A stretch of 51,631 nucleotides of DNA from NCBI GenBank assembly GCA_964517585.1, contig CAZFCB010000002.1:1-51631 (forward strand). Direction: 5' to 3'. Below are positions 44,122-51,631 of this stretch, piece after piece. This DNA is from an uncultured Candidatus Peribacteria bacterium (GTDB taxonomy: Bacteria > Patescibacteriota > Gracilibacteria > Peribacterales > Peribacteraceae). Numbering within the stretch: position 1 is the first letter of the stretch; each line of letters begins with the position of its first letter. A program made the translations under genes and the position numbers. The notes beneath the pieces were generated by a model that saw nothing but the letters and a program-made list of their open reading frames with translations, had not been told where the DNA came from and made no database searches.

Positions 44122-46119
44122 TTACCTCGATTGCAAATCGATGGCGTATAATTTTTTCTCGTCGAGAACGTACAGTCGTGTGTCATCAGCATCTACAAAT
44201 AAATCCTTTAAGCGGCCGACTTGTTCGGAATCGAGAACATATTGTTTCAAATAGAGAGAGTCACCCAGATCACCGTCATTCGTCGTTACGACGACACGTT
44301 TCTTGATCGGATCAAGGAAATAGAAATTGCCGCTTGCAGAGGATTTGAAAATTTTCACAACACCATTCAAAGCGTCAGGAGGAAGGTTGCGAATATTAAA
44401 TGTCTGCTTCTCGCCACGCAGTAGTTTCGTGACTTCTCGTTCGTCTGCCTTGCCACCGGACGAAGATGTGTCTCGTAGCACGTACACAGGGCCTGTGATC
44501 GTCATATCTAGGGCACCAGTCAGATCTCCATTCACATTGTACTCAGCGGGTGGACCATAACGATTTGCCAATCGTTCATATTTATAAATCTGTTTCCGCT
44601 CAGGGGCGAGTACGTATAGGTACCGAAGATATACTTTAATATCCGCACCTGTAATCCAACCTGCCGTATCCTCCGTCTTCATTGTCGTCGGCTGGCCGTT
44701 GATAATTTCGACGACACTATTGCCAGTCGTCATGAAGACCTTACTCTGAAAACGTACAAAATTGTCACCGTCTAGAATGAGTTCCTCAGAACCAAGGCGA
44801 TCCGCACTCTCCACTGTATTCAAGGAGACGCTGTAAAGACTCTGTCTATCGTAGACGAGGAATTCCCCATTATTGAGTCCGATAAATCCTTGCGCGAGAA
44901 TATCAGCTTTTTTGCCACTCAAATTTGCCATCACACGTGGAGGCGTGACGCGGATAACGCGGTTCATCTCTTCGCGCTTCGACTTGATGCGGTCAAGTAA
45001 TTCCAGTGCTTCGCTACGGTACAGCCCGCTTTCATTCGTCATCACCTGTCTGGCGCGTTCATCAGCTCGTTCAAGGATTGCATTTGCGCTATCGGTTTCG
45101 CCTGCAAGTTGTCTATTCTCAGCCGTCGTGAGATCCGTATTAATCTGCTTCACAAGTGCGGCAAGATCACCCTTTGTCTGGCTACGCTGGCTACTTAACG
45201 TTAGCTGTACGAGCATCCAAATCATCAGAAATACAGCGGCAGAACCAGCGAGTAAGAGGAGGTGAGCCCGCCTCTTCCTCTCGGGATCATAGAGATCTCT
45301 TAAAAACTGACGCACAGTCACAGTGAGAGACGATGTTGTGTCTTTCATCTTTGATCCACGAACGCGCGTGAAGAGTTTTGACCAATCAAGTCGGCCAACA
45401 ACTCCGCTCACATTGGAGAGTAGTGATGAAGCACTCGCGTTGCGTGTTCTCTCACGACGAGAAACAGGACGCTTCACTTCGCGTGGCTCGTCGGTTTCTT
45501 GAACATTTCCTACGAGTGAGAGATGCAGAACGCACGCAGATTCTTTTTCAGCAGTTAGTGTTTGGATGATTGTTTGTACGGCTGTTTCCCCTCCATGCTG
45601 CACGGTCTGCGCAAGTTGTGCTGGTGTCATGGCGCGCAGAAGCCTTGTCGTAGAAATAATGAAGTGATCACGATTCTGCACAGGTCCACTGACGATGTGC
45701 ATGAAAGCCATAGGTGCTTTGGATCGTGAGTATTCTGTTATCTGAACAGCCGTTCCATCTCGAATGACGTACGCTTCAGCACGTCCAACATGAGAAAGAT
45801 GCAGTGTTCCACTTTGTTCCAGAAGTCCGACAATGGCGTGGACATCTCTCAAGGCTTCTGACAGTACGAAGCCTTTCAGTAGTCCATTTAATTCCTTTAG
45901 TGCACTTTCGAGTCTGTCGTAACCATCGCCTTCACCCTCTAAAACGGCATGCGTAAGAATACTAGTACATTCCTCTAGAAGATTATCACTACCTGCCGGA
46001 CGTCCTTCGCTATGAATGAGAAGGAAAACTCGATCACCTTTTTGATCACCAAGTATGACTGGCACCAAAACGGTACCCGACGGAGCCTTCGTTTGTCCTT
46101 TCCACATCTCAATCTTCAT
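44122..46119 (-). CDS. Hypothetical single-pass membrane protein with cytoplasmic N-terminal and extracytoplasmic C-terminal domains
   Basis: Start set at MKIEMWKG. One TM helix (HLLLLAGSAAVFLMIWMLVQLTL) at about one third of the length. The N-terminal domain is vaguely PP2C/SpoIIE-like (HAIVGLLEQSGTLHLSHVGRAEAYVIRDG). The C-terminal ~350 aa is beta-rich. Confidence 0.7.
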   Translation of the reverse strand: MKIEMWKGQTKAPSGTVLVPVILGDQKGDRVFLLIHSEGRPAGSDNLLEECTSILTHAVLEGEGDGYDRLESALKELNGLLKGFVLSEALRDVHAIVGLLEQSGTLHLSHVGRAEAYVIRDGTAVQITEYSRSKAPMAFMHIVSGPVQNRDHFIISTTRLLRAMTPAQLAQTVQHGGETAVQTIIQTLTAEKESACVLHLSLVGNVQETDEPREVKRPVSRRERTRNASASSLLSNVSGVVGRLDWSKLFTRVRGSKMKDTTSSLTVTVRQFLRDLYDPERKRRAHLLLLAGSAAVFLMIWMLVQLTLSSQRSQTKGDLAALVKQINTDLTTAENRQLAGETDSANAILERADERARQVMTNESGLYRSEALELLDRIKSKREEMNRVIRVTPPRVMANLSGKKADILAQGFIGLNNGEFLVYDRQSLYSVSLNTVESADRLGSEELILDGDNFVRFQSKVFMTTGNSVVEIINGQPTTMKTEDTAGWITGADIKVYLRYLYVLAPERKQIYKYERLANRYGPPAEYNVNGDLTGALDMTITGPVYVLRDTSSSGGKADEREVTKLLRGEKQTFNIRNLPPDALNGVVKIFKSSASGNFYFLDPIKKRVVVTTNDGDLGDSLYLKQYVLDSEQVGRLKDLFVDADDTRLYVLDEKKLYAIDLQSR

Positions 46120-46432
46120 ACAGTATGAAAGGCTACATCGGGTTGAGGTATATCCGCAAGAAGAGAAGGTGGTGGGTCGATAAAAAAATAGGTTGGGTAG
46201 ACGCAGTAGGTTGGGTAGGTACGTCATAACTCTGTGGAAGTTTTGTAACATTCCTTACCGTACCTATCCTACGTAACCCTCATACCTCACCTAAATCCTA
46301 AACCAATAATTCATTGATTATAAGCCAAAAAAAGGTCATCATGACAAATCATCTGCTTGCTATTTACCACTCAAGAGCGTACGATGACGTCGAGGGTTTT
46401 CCTCACATTCATATTTTTTTTCCAACACACAG

Positions 46433-48283
46433 ATGAAATCTGTTCAAGAGTGGGTGAAGAAGGTGGTGACAAGTGGCGAAGTGCCGCAGGCCAATCAACC
46501 GACTGTACAACCACACAAAGTTTCCTCTCCGCCGTCGAAGGCTGCACCAGCAGTTCCTTCTCCGCGGAATACTCCAGAGACTGCACCAGTCAAAGTACTG
46601 GCTACCGCTCCCGGAGGCAAAGGTCTTAAGCTCTATCCTCTCGGAGGATTTGAGGAAGTAGGCCGCAACTGTTTCGTCATCGACGTTGATGGCGATCTGT
46701 ACATCATCGACCTGGGTCTCCAATTTCCGGAGGAAGACATGCCGGGGATTGACTACCTTATTCCGGATCTCTCTGGACTCCGAGGAAAAGAAAATCGCAT
46801 TAAAGCGATCATCTTTACTCACGGTCACTTAGACCACATCGGTGCCGTGCAACACGTATTGCCTAGCCTCCGATTTCCGCCATGCTATGGCACAAAACTC
46901 ACCATGGCGTTCGTCAAAAAACGCCTCGATGAGGAAAAACTGACGAGCCAAGCCAAGCTTCACACTGTGGATTTTGGCAAGCCTCTCCAGCTTGGGAACG
47001 TCAAGATCGAATTCCTCCGCGTGACGCACTCGATCCCCGACAGTGCCGCTATCGCAGTACACACGCCGTACGGAACGATCGTACATACTGGTGACTTCAA
47101 GTTCGACTTAACACCAATGAACGAACCACCCGCTGATTTTCAGCGTCTTGCTGAACTTGGAGACGAGGGAGTTCTTGCGATCATCGCAGATTCTACGAAC
47201 GCAACAAAACCAGGAAACGCTCTTTCAGAGAAAGCGATTTCTGCGACGCTCTTTCAGCTCATGCGTGACGCGAAAGGTCGACTCATCATCTCTACTTTCA
47301 GCTCACTTTTGAATCGTTTACAGCAAGTGATTGAACACGCGAAGACGCTCAATCGCAAAGTGTATGTTTCCGGTCGTTCCATGGAAACCAATATTGAAAT
47401 TGCTCAGTCACTTGGATACATATCAGTTCCTCGCGGCATGATTCGTAAAGTCGGCCCCGGCATGGACAAAGTTCCAGACCGTGAAATGGTGATTCTCACC
47501 ACTGGATCTCAAGGTGAAGAGCGCGCAAGCCTCGCACGCATGGGACTCGGAGTGCATCAACATGTACGCATGAAAAAGGGCGACACAGTCATTCTTTCTA
47601 GTAACCCAATTCTCGGTAACGAACGCGCGGTTGCCAAAGTCGTAAATAACCTGAATCTTCTCGGAGCAAAGGTACTCACGAATCAGGAACTTGCATTGCA
47701 TACCACTGGTCACGGATATCAGAACGACATTCTTCTGATGCATAGACTTGTCCGAGCCAAGCACGTCATCCCAGAACACGGTGAACCGTACATGCGCGCG
47801 GCGCATGCGGACCTCGCGCGCACTATTGGTTACGAAGACAATCAGATTCATCTCCTCGTGAACGGTGAAATTCTTGAATTCGATTCACAGGGTGCCGCGC
47901 GCAGATCCAAGCATAAGCTACCGGCGAATGACATCATCATCGATGGTCATAGCCAAGGAGCGGAAGGCTCCAGGATTATGGATGATCGTAAGATCATGAA
48001 CAACGCAGGAATCTTCGTCGCTGTTTTGAAGGTCTACGCAGAGTCCATGCGCCTTGTCTCCGATCCACTTCTTCTCTCCCGGGGATTCGTCTACGGGACT
48101 GAGATGCTCAGTACGAACAAAGACGCCACTGCGGTGATCCGCAAAGCGTACGAAGATGCACTTGGCCGTGGTCAGAAAGACATGAAGGAGCTCAAGCGTG
48201 AAGTCACAGGAGCGCTCTTTCGTTTCTTCCGTCACAGGCTCGATCGCGAACCGATGGTGATGCCAATTATCATCGAGGTCTAA
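46433..48283 (+). CDS. rnj: Ribonuclease J with an N-terminal Pro/Ser-rich extension
   Basis: MBL/beta-CASP motifs (GGFEEVGRNCFVIDVDGDLYIIDLG, IFTHGHLDHIGA, HTGDFKFD, HTTGHGYQND). Confidence 0.92.
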   Translation: MKSVQEWVKKVVTSGEVPQANQPTVQPHKVSSPPSKAAPAVPSPRNTPETAPVKVLATAPGGKGLKLYPLGGFEEVGRNCFVIDVDGDLYIIDLGLQFPEEDMPGIDYLIPDLSGLRGKENRIKAIIFTHGHLDHIGAVQHVLPSLRFPPCYGTKLTMAFVKKRLDEEKLTSQAKLHTVDFGKPLQLGNVKIEFLRVTHSIPDSAAIAVHTPYGTIVHTGDFKFDLTPMNEPPADFQRLAELGDEGVLAIIADSTNATKPGNALSEKAISATLFQLMRDAKGRLIISTFSSLLNRLQQVIEHAKTLNRKVYVSGRSMETNIEIAQSLGYISVPRGMIRKVGPGMDKVPDREMVILTTGSQGEERASLARMGLGVHQHVRMKKGDTVILSSNPILGNERAVAKVVNNLNLLGAKVLTNQELALHTTGHGYQNDILLMHRLVRAKHVIPEHGEPYMRAAHADLARTIGYEDNQIHLLVNGEILEFDSQGAARRSKHKLPANDIIIDGHSQGAEGSRIMDDRKIMNNAGIFVAVLKVYAESMRLVSDPLLLSRGFVYGTEMLSTNKDATAVIRKAYEDALGRGQKDMKELKREVTGALFRFFRHRLDREPMVMPIIIEV

Positions 48284-48384
48284 ATTCTTTTAAAAATTTC
48301 CATCCGACTCTTGCCCAGCGTAGCCCGTAGGCGAAGGTCGGTTGATCATGCCGATCATCATCGAGGTGTACGTTCGATTGTGAG

Positions 48385-48412
48385 GTAGAGACGCAAAATT
48401 TTGCGTCTCTAC
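48385..48412. repeat. Perfect 28-bp palindrome GTAGAGACGCAAAATTTTGCGTCTCTAC in the rnj-HAD spacer
   Basis: Read directly from the sequence. Self-complementary over all 28 nt. The 28 nt at 48383-48410 recur identically at 49830-49857. Confidence 0.9.
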
Positions 48413-48498
48413 ACATGAAAACACCTCATACTGTTTTCTCGTCTTTTTCCTGAGCAGACTCTTGAACTACTTCGCTGTCGATGCTTCAATGATCGTTC

Positions 48499-49134
48499 AT
48501 GAAATTTGACGCAGTTCTCTTCGATTTAGACGGCACGCTCATCCATACAACGCATCTGTACGAAGAAGCGTGCATCGCTGGTATGCACTCCATTGGGCTT
48601 GATTTTTCTTCTGACGATTTCCGTAGGCTCTATCCTCTGAGTTATTCCATGGGAAGTTGGATTACGGAAAAAGGTGGTGATCCTACAAGACTCGAAGAAG
48701 TTCGCGCAGCGCGCGACGTCCTGTATCACGAACTTTTAGCAACACGGAGCGAGTACTGCGATGGCGCACTTGAACTGCTGGAATTCCTGAAAGATCATCC
48801 GACTGGCGTCATCACAAATTCGTGGAGGTCGTATGTGGACGCCTCTCATAAGAAACTTTCAATCTACGATTTCCTGAAAGAGATAGTGACTGCCGATGAC
48901 ATGGGTGATTTCTGCAAACCTCACCCACACGGTCTTCTGCTTCTTGCAGATCGGCTCAAAGCCGACCCGAAGAAGTCAGTCTACGTTGGCGATCAAACAT
49001 TCGATCTCCATGCAGCAAAAGCCGCAGGAATGACTGCGTGCCTCGTCCGTGGCTTACATTCACCAAAGGACGCCGAGGAGCACGCAGACATCATCGTTGA
49101 GTCGCTTGCGGAATTGCAGATGGAAATTCAGTGA
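48499..49134 (+). CDS. HAD-superfamily hydrolase (phosphoglycolate phosphatase-like, subfamily IA)
   Basis: Motif I AVLFDLDGTLIHT, motif II GVITNS and motif III/IV KPHPHGLL...VYVGDQTFDLHAAKAAG. Confidence 0.85.
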   Translation: MKFDAVLFDLDGTLIHTTHLYEEACIAGMHSIGLDFSSDDFRRLYPLSYSMGSWITEKGGDPTRLEEVRAARDVLYHELLATRSEYCDGALELLEFLKDHPTGVITNSWRSYVDASHKKLSIYDFLKEIVTADDMGDFCKPHPHGLLLLADRLKADPKKSVYVGDQTFDLHAAKAAGMTACLVRGLHSPKDAEEHADIIVESLAELQMEIQ

Positions 49135-50468
49135 GCGATCACTTGCACAACTTTTCCCTTTACGTGCCAACCTTCAAACGGTGTCCATCCACATTTACTC
49201 TTCAAGTTTTTTCCTGTGATCGTCCATTCGACATCCGGATCAACAAGTGCGATGCGCGCGGGCTTTTTTTCTTCGATACCGTTGGCACCGAGATGGAAAA
49301 TTGTATTGGGATTTGTGAAGCAGAGGCGAACGATGTCGGCATACGGCAGTTGGCAGTTAGTAGTTAGCAGTTGGCCGGAAGGATGAGGAGATTGGCCGCT
49401 CGCGATACTCAGTAGCAACGGCAGCATCGTTTCCACGCCCGGCACACCACTTGGGGCAGAAAGGGGCTCTCCTGTGCGCTTTTCTTCCAGTGTGTGCGGT
49501 GCATGATCCGTCGCGATGCAATCGACAGTGCCATCGTTGATGCCGGCCCACAGTGCGTCGCGGTCTGCAATCGTCCGCAGTGGTGGGTTCATTTTCCCGA
49601 GTGTTCCCAATGTCTGATAATCATCGACCGTGAGAAACAGATGATGCGGGGCGACTTCGCACGTAATCGGTAGGCCCTCTTTCTTTGCTGCTTGTACGAT
49701 CAGGAGGCTTTTTGCCGTCGATAGATGCGCGATGTGTAGCGCAGCTCCTGTTTTCTTTGCCATAGCTACGGCCTCACGGATCGACTTTTCTTCAGATTCA
49801 GGTGGACGCATTTTTGAATGGGCACTCACAGGTAGAGACGCAAAATTTTGCGTCTCTGCGATTGCCCGTTTGGCATTCTCATTCATTTCCGAATCTTCAC
49901 AGTGTGCGATGAGTGGGATCTTGAGATCCGCGCACGTCTGGAAAATTTCTTCGAGAATGCCACCATCTACTTTCTGATCTCCCGTGGAGTGATCGAGGTA
50001 CAGTTTTACACCAGAGCAGTGATGCTTGAGACGCTTCAGTTCCATCGACTCTCCTGTCCACAGGTCTCTGAGTGTTTGCAGATGCGCTGCTTCGGTCACG
50101 CCAAAGTAAAACCGAAGATCACATTGGTCGATGTTTGCAGCACGCCGTACTTTGTCTGCGAGCGCGGCGATGGTGACGGTTGGTGGAATAGTATTTGGCA
50201 TTTCACAGACAAGACCAATACCTCCTGCAAGTGCCGATTCTGATTCAGTTTCCATCGTTGCCTTGTGCTCAAGCCCAGGCTCACGAAAGTGCACATGACA
50301 GTCGATCAGAAGAGGAAAAAGAAGTTTCCCTGATGCATCAATGATATTCGCATCCTTGTGATCTGCGCCTAGTTTCAAGTGCTCGATGATTCCATCAATG
50401 CCGATGAGTATGTCGGTTTTCTCGCCTGTCATTGCCAGTGTACCGCCTCGGATGAGAGTTTTTTTCAT
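49128..50468 (-). CDS. pyrC: Dihydroorotase
   Basis: Metal-binding motifs IDCHVHFREPG, HCED, ALHIAHLST and VDCIATDHAPH. Converges on the HAD gene and overlaps it by 7 nt. Confidence 0.92.
   Translation of the reverse strand: MKKTLIRGGTLAMTGEKTDILIGIDGIIEHLKLGADHKDANIIDASGKLLFPLLIDCHVHFREPGLEHKATMETESESALAGGIGLVCEMPNTIPPTVTIAALADKVRRAANIDQCDLRFYFGVTEAAHLQTLRDLWTGESMELKRLKHHCSGVKLYLDHSTGDQKVDGGILEEIFQTCADLKIPLIAHCEDSEMNENAKRAIAETQNFASLPVSAHSKMRPPESEEKSIREAVAMAKKTGAALHIAHLSTAKSLLIVQAAKKEGLPITCEVAPHHLFLTVDDYQTLGTLGKMNPPLRTIADRDALWAGINDGTVDCIATDHAPHTLEEKRTGEPLSAPSGVPGVETMLPLLLSIASGQSPHPSGQLLTTNCQLPYADIVRLCFTNPNTIFHLGANGIEEKKPARIALVDPDVEWTITGKNLKSKCGWTPFEGWHVKGKVVQVIAH
49830..49857. repeat. Second copy of the palindrome family, embedded in frame in pyrC
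   Basis: AGGTAGAGACGCAAAATTTTGCGTCTCT is identical to 48383-48410. On the coding strand it encodes part of AIAETQNFASLPVS. Confidence 0.9.
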
Positions 50469-50565
50469 AAGCTGTAGTAGGCTGCATCAGCATGCCACGA
50501 AACAGTTTCTTTGTCCCATACATTTGGGTTTTTATTGATATTTTTTCTTACATAACGTCATGTGT

Positions 50566-51483
50566 TCACACTTTTCCAAGGAGCATCGCAAGAAGTGCCA
50601 TTCGTACTGGTACGCCATTTCCAGCCTGCCTGAAATATGCGGCATTTGGGAGTGCATCTACCTCCGTCGCGATCTCACCGACGCGAGGGAGAGGATGCAT
50701 GATGGTGACCGTCTTTCCTTTCAGTTGCTTGGCCGTGAGGATGTATTTGAGCTTCAGTCGCTCGTACTCGCTCTTGTCGGTGAAGCGTTCCTGCTGGACG
50801 CGCGTCATGTACATAATGTCGCAGTCGAGTCCTGCCGCGATGTCATCGTACTGCTGGTACGGGATTTTTTTCTCATCCAAGAAACTCGTTACTTTTTCTG
50901 GCATCGTCAGTTCACTTGGTGAAATGAGCGTGAAGCTCACATCCGAGTAGAGTCCGAGCAGATACGAAAGCGAGTGCACCGTGCGTCCGTACCGCAAATC
51001 TCCGACCATTGCGATCTTCAGTCCATCTACTTTCCCTCGTTCGCTATTGATCGTGTAGAGATCCAGAAGTGCCTGTGTCGGATGCTGGCCTGGGCCGTCA
51101 CCTGCGTTAATGAACGGCACCTTGGATGCAGATGCTGCTTTGTCTGCGCTTCCTTGATCAGGGTGACGCATTGCGATGATGTCGGCGTACTGACCGACCA
51201 TTTCCATCGTGTCTTCAATGGTCTCGCCTTTGTAGAGCGAGCTAAATTGGATTCCTTCCGCGGTTAGCACGTCACCGCCGAGCCGAAGCATCGCAGTCTC
51301 AAAGCTGAGCCGAGTTCGCGTGCTTGGTTCGTAGAAAAGCGACGCGAGGACCTTACCTTTCAGGAGATCACTTTTCCCTTTCGTTCGCACTTTTTCCATG
51401 TCTCCTGCAACCCGAAGAATCTCCTCCGTATCAACTCGACTCAGTTGCTTGGTAGAAGTGAGGTGCGTGAAGGGGAGTGGCAT
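50566..51483 (-). CDS. pyrB: Aspartate carbamoyltransferase catalytic subunit
   Basis: STRTRLSFE (carbamoyl-phosphate site), HPTQALLD and MHPLPR motifs. Confidence 0.93.
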   Translation of the reverse strand: MPLPFTHLTSTKQLSRVDTEEILRVAGDMEKVRTKGKSDLLKGKVLASLFYEPSTRTRLSFETAMLRLGGDVLTAEGIQFSSLYKGETIEDTMEMVGQYADIIAMRHPDQGSADKAASASKVPFINAGDGPGQHPTQALLDLYTINSERGKVDGLKIAMVGDLRYGRTVHSLSYLLGLYSDVSFTLISPSELTMPEKVTSFLDEKKIPYQQYDDIAAGLDCDIMYMTRVQQERFTDKSEYERLKLKYILTAKQLKGKTVTIMHPLPRVGEIATEVDALPNAAYFRQAGNGVPVRMALLAMLLGKV

Positions 51484-51576
51484 CGGCGGTTATTGTACCG
51501 GAAAGCGATAAACGTCACACAGTGCTTACTATAGTTAGTATAACATTATCGTATTTTATGTCAATAAACAGCATCG

Positions 51577-51629
51577 GGGTATATACCAGTTATTGGCGCA
51601 GGGATTAAGGTCTTCTCACCCTTTTCCCT
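51577..51629. repeat. Right arm of the 53-bp inverted repeat (partner 1-53)
   Basis: Exact reverse complement of bases 1-53. Two extra bases (CT) follow before the window ends. Confidence 0.9.
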
Positions 51630-51631
51630 CT

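Noticed and set aside
48385-49857. GAGACG...CGTCTC (BsmBI/Esp3I-type sites in inverted orientation) as a cloning or synthetic-construct artefact
   Set aside because: One copy is translated in frame within an intact pyrC, and a third, diverged and expanded copy lies at 22614-22693. That pattern fits a native repeat family, not a vector remnant.
306-51483. An alternative genetic code (UGA recoding, as in some CPR lineages)
   Set aside because: Long conserved genes (dnaE, mfd, aspS, rnj) are intact under the standard code, and several gene junctions use TGA as the stop in ATGA/GTGA overlaps.
1-51631. Interpreting the 53-bp terminal inverted repeats as the ends of a transposon, linear plasmid or phage
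   Set aside because: The content is core chromosome (oriC-like region, dnaE, dnaN, aaRS, cell-wall genes). There are no transposase, integrase, terminal-protein or phage genes. Contig ends entering an inverted dispersed repeat, or an assembly artefact, is more parsimonious.

Overview
Gene-dense 51.6-kb chromosomal fragment: about 45 CDS and 2 tRNAs, mostly on the minus strand, read with the standard code (TGA is a stop). The gene content suggests a small-genome bacterium with a Gram-positive-type envelope, possibly CPR/Patescibacteria-like; this is inference only. Recognisable core genes are aspS, nrdR, tsaC, dnaE, ssb, murB, gltX, a cyclophilin, murG, ftsW, lspA, murA, mfd, dnaN, rnj, pyrC and pyrB, plus one SLH-type and one LPXTG-type surface protein. 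An AT-rich spacer next to dnaN carries three phased DnaA boxes and looks like oriC. The most unusual content is a five-gene, translationally coupled operon (13237-21527, minus strand) between ssb and dnaE. It encodes only large, cysteine-rich proteins with a signal peptide or membrane anchor and no domain I can recognise, so it is a candidate novel extracytoplasmic complex. Other points: a tandem two-OB-fold SSB; a ~185-nt structured RNA candidate downstream of aspS; a 28-bp palindrome family with one copy in frame inside pyrC; a small accessory islet next to tRNA-Arg that includes a Kazal-domain protein; fragments of tRNA-Leu flanking that gene; a duplicated rnj 3' end; recurrent CCTACC/GGTAGG motif blocks; and a 53-bp inverted repeat at the two window ends. 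Coordinates of non-ORF features were counted by hand and may be off by 1-2 nt.
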